This document shows, in pieces, positions 9,470 through 20,200 of a DNA stretch of 64,000 nt. The stretch lies in the IMG/VR virus record IMGVR_UViG_2526164631_000023, one strand, 5' to 3'. The notes below the pieces were generated by a model. The model had not been told where the DNA came from, made no database searches, and worked only from the letters and a program-made list of their open reading frames with translations. Numbering within the stretch: the stretch's first letter is position 1; each line of letters starts with the position of its first letter. The stretch comes from a virus. Taxonomy: Duplodnaviria; Heunggongvirae; Uroviricota; Caudoviricetes. The position numbers and the translations under genes are program-made.

Positions 9470-9961
9470 ATGTCCGGTTTTGCAAATACAAAAGCCGATA
9501 TCGCTTTTCTGAAATCCCGGTTGAACAAAAACCTGGCAGCGGGCGAAAAACTTATTGGTTCAGAATTCTGGATGACTATTAAAGGTTACGAAAAACTATC
9601 TGTACTTGTTCGTACCACTCAGTTGCCGGAAATGACTCGCGAAGACGTGGAAGACTATGGTCCTGGCGGCATGAAGATCAACCAGCACGGGCCATTGCGT
9701 AACTCAGGTGAATTCCAGGTTACCTGCTCTGAAACCATCGAAGGGGATGTTCTGGCCGCCGTAAAACAAATGGTATATGGCAAAGAATATCTGGAAATTA
9801 CCTTACAGGCAGCGGCTGAATCCAATAGCGGTAACCATAAAGGTCTGATCCGCACATATTATCACTGCAAAGTGTATTCCGACGCAGTGGACTTCTCCAC
9901 CGAAGACGTAACAGCAGTCGTTAAGCCTTCCCTGCGTATTGTTTACAACTGGGTAGAGTGA
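9470..9961 (+). CDS. putative tail tube protein
   Basis: 163 aa; size and position after sheath; weak resemblance to myovirus tube proteins. Confidence 0.35.
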   Translation: MSGFANTKADIAFLKSRLNKNLAAGEKLIGSEFWMTIKGYEKLSVLVRTTQLPEMTREDVEDYGPGGMKINQHGPLRNSGEFQVTCSETIEGDVLAAVKQMVYGKEYLEITLQAAAESNSGNHKGLIRTYYHCKVYSDAVDFSTEDVTAVVKPSLRIVYNWVE

Positions 9962-10013
9962 TCTCTTTCCCGCCCTTGTGGCGGGAACTCCTTGTATTTG
10001 AGTTGTAGGTACG

Positions 10014-10565
10014 ATGACACCAACCGAATTATTAGAAAGCGTTAAAGCACGATTTAATCCACTGCTTGTGCGTGAAGAAGAAACGCTGAAAGCCTTCCTG
10101 ATCAAAGCTCTGACCACGTATCAGGACAGGGCAGGGGTAGTGAAAACGTTAAAACTTGAAAAAGCTGGTGGTACTGCAATCCCATTACCAGAAGATTATC
10201 TCTCTCTGGTTCATGTTACCGACAACAATGGCCTGTTGGTCTATTCGGATGAATTATCCGGATTTATTGAATTAGAGCTAACAGGTTCAGAGCGCTGGCC
10301 TTTTCGAATGCTGTATCTGGTTAATCTACACGACAGAAAGCTGGATGAATGGCAAGTGCCTCCTGCAATCATTGGAATGCTGGAGGAATATCTAGAGGCG
10401 CTTATCAATGTAAGAAATGTCGCCCGGCAGCGTAGAGCGTCCATCGACGGGAAATTTGACTACTCCGATCTGCCCGATGAAGCCACGCTATATGCCCGCG
10501 TGCAGGAGATTGAGGAAAAAATGTCCTCAAACCGGGCCATTATTCCGGGGGCTACCATTTTTTAA
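10014..10565 (+). CDS. hypothetical protein
   Basis: ORF track, 183 aa. Confidence 0.35.
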   Translation: MTPTELLESVKARFNPLLVREEETLKAFLIKALTTYQDRAGVVKTLKLEKAGGTAIPLPEDYLSLVHVTDNNGLLVYSDELSGFIELELTGSERWPFRMLYLVNLHDRKLDEWQVPPAIIGMLEEYLEALINVRNVARQRRASIDGKFDYSDLPDEATLYARVQEIEEKMSSNRAIIPGATIF

Positions 10566-10580
10566 CGCTGGAGGCGCAGA

Positions 10581-11288
10581 GTGAGTATTTTCAGCAGCGT
10601 TGGTAGAACGTTGACCACCGCATTGTCATTTAACACGAAATCATTCACCAGCAACCTCATTAGCGACATTCTTGATAAAGCCATATCAGGCGGCGGGGTA
10701 AGCGGGAATTACAGTAGCGATATTGCCTACGGGAAAAATATTGTTGCTGCCGCTATGCGTATCCGTTACGCCCAGGGGTGGCAGTGGACCGTTGAAGTGG
10801 ATGGCCTGAACGGCTTCGATATGTTCGTGAAGGATATCACCTACAGCAGTGGAAACATTGAGACAGAAAGCAAGGTGATCGGCAGCGTAGAATTCAGCAA
10901 GCCAACCTATGTTAGCGCCGGACCGGTCACTATGACCGTGAGGGATACCGAAGATGGCAAGATCATGGACTGGTTCAAAGAGCGTCGTTCTCGTGTAACA
11001 AATCCTGATGGAACAATAAACCTTCCTCCGGAATATCTGATGAAAATCCGTGTCTACCGGGTAACTCAGGACGGCGGAAAAGAACTGGAAGAAGAAATGC
11101 GCGTATTTCCTACACAACTTGGGGAAATCACTCGCTCACGTGATCAGGTGTCAGAGTTCTTGTCATACCCAATCACTTTCCAGAAATACACATCTGCAGG
11201 CTCAGGTGTTTCTGCTTTGGTCAACGGTGCCGCTGGCATGGCTACAAGTGCGTTAAAGGGGGCTATCAGTGGAGTGATCAAATTCTGA
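10581..11288 (+). CDS. hypothetical protein
   Basis: ORF track, 235 aa, RBS GGAGG upstream. Confidence 0.35.
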   Translation: MSIFSSVGRTLTTALSFNTKSFTSNLISDILDKAISGGGVSGNYSSDIAYGKNIVAAAMRIRYAQGWQWTVEVDGLNGFDMFVKDITYSSGNIETESKVIGSVEFSKPTYVSAGPVTMTVRDTEDGKIMDWFKERRSRVTNPDGTINLPPEYLMKIRVYRVTQDGGKELEEEMRVFPTQLGEITRSRDQVSEFLSYPITFQKYTSAGSGVSALVNGAAGMATSALKGAISGVIKF

Positions 11289-11300
11289 AATGCTTTAATT

Positions 11301-11522
11301 ATGTGTGCTGTAGGGAAAGGTTTACGTTAAATGTGTGCTGCCGGGAAACCCCATTGCTCAAGATGTGTTGTAGAGGGAATGGTAATGGCAACATGTGTGC
11401 TGGAGGGGAATTTCGCATGTAAAGAGCGTCATTTATCCCTCCAGCACACATCTGAAATAAGCAATCCTCTGAAATTCCCTCCACCACACATCCAGACATG
11501 AAACTATCCCTTCAGCACACAT
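11301..11522. repeat. incA-like RepA iteron array (about 7 copies, 4 direct and 3 inverted)
   Basis: 19-bp units ATGTGTGCTG(N)GGGAAA at about 11301, 11331, 11362, 11392 and CAGCACACAT-type inverted copies at about 11436, 11475, 11507; matches the P1 iteron consensus. Confidence 0.7.
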
Positions 11523-12386
11523 TTAATCTGTTGGTTTAAGTTTCGGATTCCGAGAGTGAACGATAATGAAGTTTTCACGACCTTGCTTTTCAATGGTGCA
11601 ATCGAGATAACCTATTGTTTTTAACTGGTCTATAGCTTTTTTTATCGTTCTGTTTTGCTCACTTACCGATGACATCAAGGCTAATCTTTCACGTATTCTG
11701 GCAAATGAAATAGGTATTGGACGTGCCGGGAGGCTTTCTATAAAGGTATATATGGCCTGGGCTGCTTCTTTTTTAGGTAAAGCGCGAAGTGCGTGTTGCT
11801 GTAGAAGCACCCGATAGTCTAGCTGGAAGATTTCCCATAACTTGGAATCAGCCTCCAGTTCAACGACATCTGTTTCAAAGTCAAAATATCCCGTTTTAAG
11901 CAGGCCAGTATTGTAGCTTCCACGAGCACTTTTCCCTCTTTTGAATGAGATGCCTTTGTTGCGTAACCGACCTAAAGAATCGTGGATCGTGTTTCTTAAT
12001 TTCCCATCAAGTCGCTTAGATGGAAATCCGCACGCCTTTGCAAATTCTTGAAAAGAAAGGCGAATTGTATTCGATGATAAGCCATACTTGCTAAATGAGT
12101 AGATTACCCCAATCCAGACTTTGAAATCAGTATCCATGTCCAAGCGAGGGCCAGTGATCTTGATGTTGTCGTAGCCTTCTGCTTGAGCTATTTCCAATTT
12201 GGAAAAAACAGATGATGCATCTATCTCGTTGTTTTCACCCTGTTTTTTAGTTGGTTTAGGGACGAAAACACCAAGCCGCATAAGTGCGACAGGTTGAACA
12301 GTATTGTTCGAATTAACTGTTAATTCTTTAGCCTTGCTTTCAATGTCAGCATAAAGAATATCAGAGATAAATGACTTATCCATCAA
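11523..12386 (-). CDS. repA: RepA replication initiator (P1 R-replicon type)
   Basis: 287 aa; MMDKSFISDILYADIESKAKELTVNSNNTVQPVALMRLGVFVPKP... recalled as near-identical to P1 RepA; flanked by iterons on both sides. Confidence 0.85.
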   Translation of the reverse strand: MMDKSFISDILYADIESKAKELTVNSNNTVQPVALMRLGVFVPKPTKKQGENNEIDASSVFSKLEIAQAEGYDNIKITGPRLDMDTDFKVWIGVIYSFSKYGLSSNTIRLSFQEFAKACGFPSKRLDGKLRNTIHDSLGRLRNKGISFKRGKSARGSYNTGLLKTGYFDFETDVVELEADSKLWEIFQLDYRVLLQQHALRALPKKEAAQAIYTFIESLPARPIPISFARIRERLALMSSVSEQNRTIKKAIDQLKTIGYLDCTIEKQGRENFIIVHSRNPKLKPTD

Positions 12387-12447
12387 TAAGTTACCGTCAT
12401 GTTGTGAATAAAGTTTACGACAGTGGATATCCGGCTTTTTTTCCCAT

Positions 12448-12652
12448 CAGCACACATCCTACATCCCGCCAGCACACATGTAAAACCCTCCAGCACACAT
12501 ATTTTTCCCGTCAGCACACATCGTTCTCCCTCCAGCACACATCTGAATAGTGGTTAAAGCCTTATGTGGCGCGGCCTGAAGAGCTACGGGATCTATTTGG
12601 TACTATATGGATCTAATCAGGATCTATATATTGGATCTATCCTGTGGATAAA
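12448..12652. promoter_or_regulatory. oriR/incC-like origin: 5 iterons, GATC cluster and DnaA box
   Basis: CAGCACACAT at about 12448, 12469, 12491, 12513, 12534; five GATC in 12588-12650; CCTGTGGATAAAA (DnaA box) at about 12641. Confidence 0.75.
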
Positions 12653-12737
12653 AAAGAAGAATTACAAAGCTCCACCCAATTTCACACACTACCTATCCTC
12701 CAACGAATAAACAGACATCTGCTTATCGGAGGAATAC

Positions 12738-13559
12738 TTGAACATTCCAAAATTCCCATTGCCTTCCCGTCCTGAGACAGAAATTCAGTTCCACGCCCCT
12801 ACCGTGAAGGATGCGCTGAAATATTCTGACCTGAACCCGGCAGAAGATGAGGCAACTACTACAGAGTACCTTAACTCTATGCAGGATGGTGAAATTAACG
12901 ACAGTGCTTACTGGACAGTCCAAGATCGCAGAACTGCCCTTTGGTGGATATTTGTTAATTCGCGCCCCGATGCAGTAATGACCTACTCCTATGAGTGCAG
13001 TCACTGCGGTAATACGCATCATGCAGATATTAACCTGAGCGACCTGGCCCAAACAGTAGAAATACTCACTGTACCTCCTTACGTGAAAACCAACGTACCA
13101 GTAAATGGAGTACCAACTGACTGGATACTTAAACCATTAACCGGGAAAGGTGTGGAACTCCTTGAACGAATGCGAGCGTCACTTCCTGATATGAAAAGTC
13201 CCGAATACAGTGCTGGCGTAGCACGGATGCGAATTGCTGAACTCGCTTTATGCACGGCGCTTGAAGACGATCCGGAGGACTTCACGCAGGCCGCTAACCG
13301 ACGCTTTGACATCATTGAAAGCATGGCGCTTGAAACCGAATTTACTCCGCTTGTGGCTCGCATACAGCTTATGCAAAAAGACCTACGCCACGGCCTGAAA
13401 ATGTCTATTGAGAGAGGCTCAAGCCGACTGATCCTGCCTCCGCAACATTGCAAAAACGCTAAGGAGGGTGCAGATGTGACAACCACACTGTACGTCCCCT
13501 TTCTCAATAGAGAGTTTATCCCATCAATTAGATCTGAATGGATGGCTAACCATTATTAA
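12738..13559 (+). CDS. hypothetical protein with CxxC...H motif
   Basis: 273 aa; YECSHCGNTHH. Confidence 0.35.
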   Translation: MNIPKFPLPSRPETEIQFHAPTVKDALKYSDLNPAEDEATTTEYLNSMQDGEINDSAYWTVQDRRTALWWIFVNSRPDAVMTYSYECSHCGNTHHADINLSDLAQTVEILTVPPYVKTNVPVNGVPTDWILKPLTGKGVELLERMRASLPDMKSPEYSAGVARMRIAELALCTALEDDPEDFTQAANRRFDIIESMALETEFTPLVARIQLMQKDLRHGLKMSIERGSSRLILPPQHCKNAKEGADVTTTLYVPFLNREFIPSIRSEWMANHY

Positions 13560-13573
13560 CAACCTGACTCTGT

Positions 13574-16500
13574 ATGGATATCAGCCCGTTAGTGACGTTG
13601 AACAATTGCCACAATGGCGAGCACTCCATATGTCAAAAGCCCTGGAAGAAAAATACAAAGCTCAAGCCGGGAAACGTTGTCGCCGCTGGTAAAAGAGAGG
13701 TTATTTTGAAAGAGAATAAAGACCGTATCGCAATAATTGACGCTATTCAGGGGGCGAGCACAAACGAACTTAAGGCTCTTGCTGAGATCAAAGACGCCAT
13801 TCTCTCTGGTAGAGGGTCTATAACTCAACTTGGTGAAAATCAAGGTAAAGTAAGTCAAAGACTATCCCGTAGACTCATAGCAAGCGAACCCTATGTCTCT
13901 GGTGATGCCAAGAATACCCAACCTAACCCATATATAAAACGCCTTCCGATGAAAAAAGGGAGGAAGCAGGTCAACAACGGAGAAGAACGTCTCATTGTTG
14001 CAACCAACACATCAGAGCGCGTTCATTTTGCGTCATCACTCCAGTCCGCCCAAAAGTTGAAAGGTTCTGTGCCAGTAGCCGCTAATTCTGCTCCTCTTGA
14101 ACCACAATCCCCCCAAAGCCAAAAAGGACCGCTTCGGGATAGTAATGGACGCTTTGTATCCCAGAAAAACAACGAAGATATAGCCAGAAAAAAAGAATGG
14201 CAGAACGCACGTAAGGCCGACGCCAAACTACAAGAAGGCTTCCTCCGGAAATTAGGCTCCATTATAGGGGTAGATGGCAATCAGTCTTCCAGTGAAGAGT
14301 CTTTAACAGATGCCGCAGGTATCGGCGCTGGTGGTCCGTTGTGGATAGCTGCTCGCGGCATGTACGACATTACTAAAGAGATCACAGGTAAAGCAGAATC
14401 TCTTAAAGAATGGATAGAAAAGGGGAAAGGTGAGGCTTCATCTTCGAAAGCGACATCACCAGCTATCACTTATCCGGCGGTGGTGAATACTCAAAAAGCA
14501 ACCTCTGCAACAGCATTTAATAATGCTGTTGAGACAAAATCAGCACAAGCAGTAGAAGAGCAAACAAAAATTCTTCAGACCAATGACAACAAAATAATTG
14601 ATGGTCTGGAAAATGTCTCCGACGAAGTAGTTAAGCTACGCAAATCAGTATCTTCTGGAAATAAGTTCGGCTTAAGTGATCTCTGGAGAAATCGAGCAAG
14701 CAGAAGAAATAAAATCAATATTGGCGATCAGGCTGGTAAAAATAAACGGAACAAACCGAAAAGGAAAGGTCGCAATCTGGGGAAAAAAGCCCTTTCTGTT
14801 GGTGAAAAAGCCGCTGCCGGAAGCGCTGCTGCTGGAGCTGGTGCCGGAGCTGCAAAGACTGTTAAAACAAAGGTTAGTAAAGCCAAAGACATCAGCACCA
14901 CAAGCGACGCATCTAAGGGTATTGCTAAAGAAACAAAAAACACAGCAAAGGCAGTTAAGCCAGCAGGTGTTGTTGCCGAAGAGGCCACAATTAAAACAGG
15001 TGAAACTGTTGCAAAGAAAAAAACCGAATCCGTAGCCCTCAAAAGTGCTGCAAAAATAGGTGTTAAATCAGCGGCTTCTACAGCTGCAAGAGCTATCCCG
15101 ATCATCGGATCGCTGGCTATGGCGGGATATGACGCTATAGATGGTTACACTGATACAGATGCGCAAAAGGCAGCCTTTGGATTAAGTGACGATGATGCTG
15201 TATCCGAACAGCAAAAAACGGCTTACGCAACAGCTAATGTGCTCGATATGGGGGGCTTGGTGTCGGGCACAACGAACTTGATAGGGAAAGGAATTTCTGC
15301 GCTAGGATTTGAAAGAGCAGGTGAAAAACTTCAGAATTTTGATACCGGAGATATTGCTCGTGGTGTTAACGGCGCGGTAGATATCAACAAATCTGTTTTT
15401 GGTAGCCTTAAGGATACATTTTTATCCACTGACGAAAACACGAAACAAGTAAAAAAAGCTGTTGAAGACGGCACCAAAAAAACTGTCGATGCGATTCATT
15501 CTCTTGGTGAACAATTACAAGGTGGGCGTAATGGCGAGGATGGAGTTGGTGAGCACGGGTATACTTCTCCAACTGAATTTAGTGCACCTGCCAACAACAC
15601 CATTGCAGCGGATCTGAATATTGGCGGCAGCAACGCTAAAAACCGCAATTACCGAAATAATAATCTCGGCAATCTTGTTTTTGCCAACCAGGAAGGGGCG
15701 ACGCTGGAATCGCCAAATGTAAAAGGTGAACAACGTTTTGCGCGATTTAACACACCTGAAGAAGGGATCAGGGCACTGGCAAACCAGGTTTCCAGCTATT
15801 ACAACGGCACCAGTGCCGCAGCGGGATATCAGAAGTTACAGACGGTATCCAGCATCATTTCAAAATGGGCACCGCCAAATGAGAACAATACTAACCAATA
15901 TATTGATAACGTCAGTAAATATCTTGGTGTATCGCCTAATGAAAAAATAGATGTCAGCAAACCAGAGGTTATGACGCAATTAGTTCGTGCAATTGCGACG
16001 AAAGAAGGCGGAAATCCGGCAGTTAATAATGAGTTCATTAAGAACGCACTTGGAGCATTTAACACAAACACTGGTCGATGGGAGGGACAATTCTCTGACG
16101 AAACATTGGCGCGGATTAATAAAATTCAGAAAGAAAATGGTGGTCAGCTAATTGCCCGCGATTCGCAATATAGTGTTGGTCGCAAGGTAAAATATGCTAA
16201 TGGAAAATCTCCAGCTCAACCAGTTTTGAATGCCGTTCCGACAGCAACACAACAGCCAATTGAGGTTGCACAACATGCCCAGGCAGTCAAAAAGCCACAA
16301 AAAACAGGTAACCAACCACAACCGATTAATCCAGAGAACGCTGATGTTAATACCGGCTCTCCATCGAGTTTGCTTGAGCGGTTAATCGCAATAAATGAAA
16401 GCGGAATCAGTGGTGCAAGTAATTTATTTGGCGGCGCGGCTACCAGCCTTGCTGGAACAAGTCTGGACCTGGTAAAGGATTTTGCGTTAGCTACTTCGTT

Positions 16501-17443
16501 TGGTTCTATATCTTCGCTTTCCGAAAAAGCGAAAGGAATGGATCAGGCTCTTACTGAAAAGATATCCGGCTTAACCGGTAAATCTTTTGGATTTAAAAAA
16601 GCTTCTCAAGTGGCTGATATCGCAACAGCCATACAACAAAAACGCGCTGTTAATCGTGATACAGAAATCATTGATCTACTTCCGGGAGATCAAGTATCCC
16701 CTTCTACTCCGAAAACTCCACAGCAGGAGCAGGCTCTAGCAATCAGCCAGGCTATAGAGGGAGCTGCGCCAGTAGTTGCCTCTGGAAAACGAACTATCAC
16801 GGCACCAAGTGATGTGCAGATTTATGACAACGGCTACAAGGTGGTTACAGGTGAGGATAAGAGCTTCTTTGGTTCGCTATTTGATTCCACGGTGTCAGGG
16901 ATTAAACAGACAGGAACCGCAGCAATTCCTGCCGTTGGCGATAACCTTTCACGACTTGTTGGGGGGATTGATAGTACAGGGATATTGAACGATCTTGTAA
17001 TGCAGTCTACTGGGCAGAATAGTGCGATTGCGCGAGCTATTAGCCCATTAACAAGAAATGTTGGAGACTGGCTGAATGGGGGGATTCAACAAACCGCTAA
17101 TAGCATTAGGGGAATAGCAACTGGTGCCAATAACGCCATATTTGGCTCTGCTTCAGCTGTGCAAGAACCTTTTCTTGCTATGCCGCCACAACTCCCTACT
17201 GTAACCGATCTCGCACGAAGCGGAATAAGACAACCATTAACTACTGACACTATAAATAACGATCCTGCTATGTTGAAGGCGCTGGATAACATCTGCTCTA
17301 TCCTGAACGATCTGCTGAATGTGAGCAAGAACAATACAAAAGGCGATCCGGATAATGTTGTCAAAACATCGCAGCCGCAGCCGCGACCACGTGCGAGCAC
17401 AACTATTAATGACCAGTCGCTGGATGCTCTGCTTGAGGATTAA
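13574..17443 (+). CDS. large virion protein, tape-measure/Sit-like with a possible muralytic region
   Basis: 1289 aa; Lys/Ala-rich central region; conserved-looking segment NNLGNLVFANQEGA...KWAPPNENNT; start codon uncertain. Confidence 0.4.
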   Translation: MDISPLVTLNNCHNGEHSICQKPWKKNTKLKPGNVVAAGKREVILKENKDRIAIIDAIQGASTNELKALAEIKDAILSGRGSITQLGENQGKVSQRLSRRLIASEPYVSGDAKNTQPNPYIKRLPMKKGRKQVNNGEERLIVATNTSERVHFASSLQSAQKLKGSVPVAANSAPLEPQSPQSQKGPLRDSNGRFVSQKNNEDIARKKEWQNARKADAKLQEGFLRKLGSIIGVDGNQSSSEESLTDAAGIGAGGPLWIAARGMYDITKEITGKAESLKEWIEKGKGEASSSKATSPAITYPAVVNTQKATSATAFNNAVETKSAQAVEEQTKILQTNDNKIIDGLENVSDEVVKLRKSVSSGNKFGLSDLWRNRASRRNKINIGDQAGKNKRNKPKRKGRNLGKKALSVGEKAAAGSAAAGAGAGAAKTVKTKVSKAKDISTTSDASKGIAKETKNTAKAVKPAGVVAEEATIKTGETVAKKKTESVALKSAAKIGVKSAASTAARAIPIIGSLAMAGYDAIDGYTDTDAQKAAFGLSDDDAVSEQQKTAYATANVLDMGGLVSGTTNLIGKGISALGFERAGEKLQNFDTGDIARGVNGAVDINKSVFGSLKDTFLSTDENTKQVKKAVEDGTKKTVDAIHSLGEQLQGGRNGEDGVGEHGYTSPTEFSAPANNTIAADLNIGGSNAKNRNYRNNNLGNLVFANQEGATLESPNVKGEQRFARFNTPEEGIRALANQVSSYYNGTSAAAGYQKLQTVSSIISKWAPPNENNTNQYIDNVSKYLGVSPNEKIDVSKPEVMTQLVRAIATKEGGNPAVNNEFIKNALGAFNTNTGRWEGQFSDETLARINKIQKENGGQLIARDSQYSVGRKVKYANGKSPAQPVLNAVPTATQQPIEVAQHAQAVKKPQKTGNQPQPINPENADVNTGSPSSLLERLIAINESGISGASNLFGGAATSLAGTSLDLVKDFALATSFGSISSLSEKAKGMDQALTEKISGLTGKSFGFKKASQVADIATAIQQKRAVNRDTEIIDLLPGDQVSPSTPKTPQQEQALAISQAIEGAAPVVASGKRTITAPSDVQIYDNGYKVVTGEDKSFFGSLFDSTVSGIKQTGTAAIPAVGDNLSRLVGGIDSTGILNDLVMQSTGQNSAIARAISPLTRNVGDWLNGGIQQTANSIRGIATGANNAIFGSASAVQEPFLAMPPQLPTVTDLARSGIRQPLTTDTINNDPAMLKALDNICSILNDLLNVSKNNTKGDPDNVVKTSQPQPRPRASTTINDQSLDALLED

Positions 17444-17448
17444 TACTG

Positions 17449-17823
17449 ATGCTTTACGAAATAGACGCAAGACTTCAAACGAATGAGAGCGGTGTCATTA
17501 TTGCAGAAGGAAGTACCGCAGCATGGATGGCCCGACTTGAGGAGTGGCTACGAACCCCTGAAGGGAGTGTTTATGGTTTACCCTCTTGGGGGAGTCCAAT
17601 GGAAGAATTTAAGCATGAACCATTCGGCTCTGAAACTTCGCACATAGTTGAAGTGGCTATTGAAGGGAGAATGATGAAAAAACTACGACAAGACTTGCCA
17701 GGTTTGGATGTGCAGGGGATTCGTTGCACATCAATTTCTGAAGATTCTTTATTAATTAGTTTTTATGCGAAAGGTGGGAGCATGGATATTGTTATGCAGA
17801 AATCAAGTGGGGTGGGCGCGTGA
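17449..17823 (+). CDS. baseplate wedge protein (gp25/W-like)
   Basis: 124 aa; size and motif pattern LRTPEGSVYGLPSWGSP. Confidence 0.4.
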   Translation: MLYEIDARLQTNESGVIIAEGSTAAWMARLEEWLRTPEGSVYGLPSWGSPMEEFKHEPFGSETSHIVEVAIEGRMMKKLRQDLPGLDVQGIRCTSISEDSLLISFYAKGGSMDIVMQKSSGVGA

Positions 17824-19250
17824 CGATTACAGAATTACTGGACAAATTTAACGCCAAGTTAAATGAAAACACATGGTGGTCACGATTTGTAAATAGTCAG
17901 TTTGTGCAGATGCACGCTATATTCGGATCGCAGCTTATTTATATTGCCCGTACATTTGCAAGCCGCGGCCTCACTGAGGGACTTATTTCAACGGCAACGC
18001 GTCGCTCAAGTATTTTAGCGGTTGCTGAAGACCGTAGCTACGTAGGGCGATTTGTTAGTGCTTCATACGGAACAACGTCTATAACCAATAAAACTGATCG
18101 GGATATTACGTTACCAGCCGGGGCTGAATTGCTTGCCAATGACCAAACACCTTTGGCAATTATTAACAGTGTTGTAATTCCTGCTGGAGGAACTGTTTCT
18201 GGCGTAGAAACTAAACAGCATGAAGCTGTTAGCATTACATTTGATATTGAGAAGGAAACTTTATTTCTGACATTGTTGCTTTCCAGAGAGTTAACAAAAG
18301 AAGTCTCTAGCCTGGATGTTTATGTTATTACAGATGGAGTAGAAGAAAAATGGACATATAACCCATTATTTAGAATGTCCAGAGACAAGAGTAAGCACTA
18401 TTCATTGGCATATAAACCTACAGAACAACTTGGAGTCAAGTTTGGTGATGGTTCTATGGGTATGATGCCTCCAGCAGGCTGTCAGGTTCGAATCGATGTT
18501 ATGGCTAGCCTTGGCGACTATACTTTGGCTGAAGGACAAAAGTTAGAACCGGCTGGAAATATCGCTCAATATGTGGAGTCACTAGAGTTTAAAACTGATT
18601 CGATCATTACCGGTGGTAGTGGTATGGAAACTACAGAAGAAACTCGAAATCGTGCTCAGTATTATGTTGCATACGATGAACAAGTGGTATGGGGCGGTGA
18701 TTATCGCCAATTCATTCAGAATGTTGTTCATGGAACTTCATGGTTGAACGTTTGGGGCGAAGCGTTGCAAGAGAAAATAACTGGGTTTGACGTTCGAAAC
18801 ATAAACAAGATTTTCTTTTGCGGACATAAGCCAGGTGTAAGCCAGGCTCAGCTAAAATCAGAAATACTGAAAGCTCTAGAGAATGTTCCAAATGAGTTGA
18901 ACAAGCGGTTTGAGTATGTAGATACAAATGAACAACCATTTACTATAAAATTTACAGGTATTGCACGTAAAAATGTTCTGATAGACGACGCTCAAAATGC
19001 TATTAAAGCAGCGTTGGAAGATAATTTTGGTCGTGATTCGTCATCATTCAGTTTATTACTACAGAGTGATGATGATTCTCAGCAATGTTATGCACAGGTA
19101 AAAGTTAAAGATATTTGGCGAGTAATAGAGTCGCTGGATATGTTTCTCTCTTATGACATAACAATACAAAATATGAAAGATGCAGTTTACTTTAATGACT
19201 TCATTTATCTTGACGTGAAATCTTCAACGTTCAGCATTTCTTACCCGTAA
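17820..19250 (+). CDS. baseplate J-like protein
   Basis: 476 aa; start overlaps the upstream stop; position in a baseplate cluster. Confidence 0.4.
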   Translation: MTITELLDKFNAKLNENTWWSRFVNSQFVQMHAIFGSQLIYIARTFASRGLTEGLISTATRRSSILAVAEDRSYVGRFVSASYGTTSITNKTDRDITLPAGAELLANDQTPLAIINSVVIPAGGTVSGVETKQHEAVSITFDIEKETLFLTLLLSRELTKEVSSLDVYVITDGVEEKWTYNPLFRMSRDKSKHYSLAYKPTEQLGVKFGDGSMGMMPPAGCQVRIDVMASLGDYTLAEGQKLEPAGNIAQYVESLEFKTDSIITGGSGMETTEETRNRAQYYVAYDEQVVWGGDYRQFIQNVVHGTSWLNVWGEALQEKITGFDVRNINKIFFCGHKPGVSQAQLKSEILKALENVPNELNKRFEYVDTNEQPFTIKFTGIARKNVLIDDAQNAIKAALEDNFGRDSSSFSLLLQSDDDSQQCYAQVKVKDIWRVIESLDMFLSYDITIQNMKDAVYFNDFIYLDVKSSTFSISYP

Positions 19251-19260
19251 TGAGGTTAGC

Positions 19261-20106
19261 ATGAAAGATAATTGGCTTAAGGAACGATTAACTAAAGTAA
19301 AACAGGATTCACATCTCTGGAGTGCATTTATAGACGCTTTACAGGATGTCTGGAATGAGGCAGTAGAACCAATATTAACAAGAATAAGTAACAGAAAATC
19401 CTTCTTCACTATGGACAGTGAGGACATGGATGCCCGCATTGCTGAATACGGGCGTTTTTTCGTTATCACTGAAAAAGATAAGGACCGTAGGCCAATGCTG
19501 CTGGCGCAACGTTTAGATGAAGTGCACTTTAAAGGCACTATCTTGCCTATTGAGCAGACATTCTGGCGTGAATTCGGTTGTATTCCTGTTAGTTGGGAAC
19601 CGCTGTATGCACCTGTAAATATAGAAAAACACCCCTATGGTTCATATTTTGCGACCGAAATAGAAATACCTACGGCACAGGCTCAATTCGGTGAGTTCTT
19701 CCTGACATCAAGGGGGCTGGTCGTTGTTGATCAGAACAAGCTATATCGCTCATATGGAGAGCAGGATAAAGAAGCCGCTGTGCAGAAATTGTTATCTGAC
19801 TTCGAAACAGTAATAGCCCCTTTGTTGCCATTGCATATTGTTTTTGATGGCGTCTCGTTTCGGCTTAGTGCTGTATTCCCTGAAGTGGCAGAAATACTAA
19901 ATTGCTTGTCTACGGATGTTTCGGTAATTGAAGGTGTTTATGTTACTGAGAGTATGGCTGATATGCTATCCCGTAGTGATACCTCCTGCCAGGTAAACAA
20001 TATTTCTCTTAACGCCATACCGAACAGAACGGCAGAAAAGCAATTACATCTTGATGTAACCCCACTCGATGCGTGGCCTTTGGATTACCACCTTCAACCT
20101 GTTTAA
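19261..20106 (+). CDS. baseplate/tail protein
   Basis: 281 aa; followed by a hairpin terminator at about 20110-20135. Confidence 0.3.
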   Translation: MKDNWLKERLTKVKQDSHLWSAFIDALQDVWNEAVEPILTRISNRKSFFTMDSEDMDARIAEYGRFFVITEKDKDRRPMLLAQRLDEVHFKGTILPIEQTFWREFGCIPVSWEPLYAPVNIEKHPYGSYFATEIEIPTAQAQFGEFFLTSRGLVVVDQNKLYRSYGEQDKEAAVQKLLSDFETVIAPLLPLHIVFDGVSFRLSAVFPEVAEILNCLSTDVSVIEGVYVTESMADMLSRSDTSCQVNNISLNAIPNRTAEKQLHLDVTPLDAWPLDYHLQPV

Positions 20107-20200
20107 TAATTCTTCCCCCAAATGCGGGGGAAGAACAACGGAAATCACAAACTGAGCATACTCTCCTTTGGTTCATTGCTTATGAAGGGGCTATGTTCGT

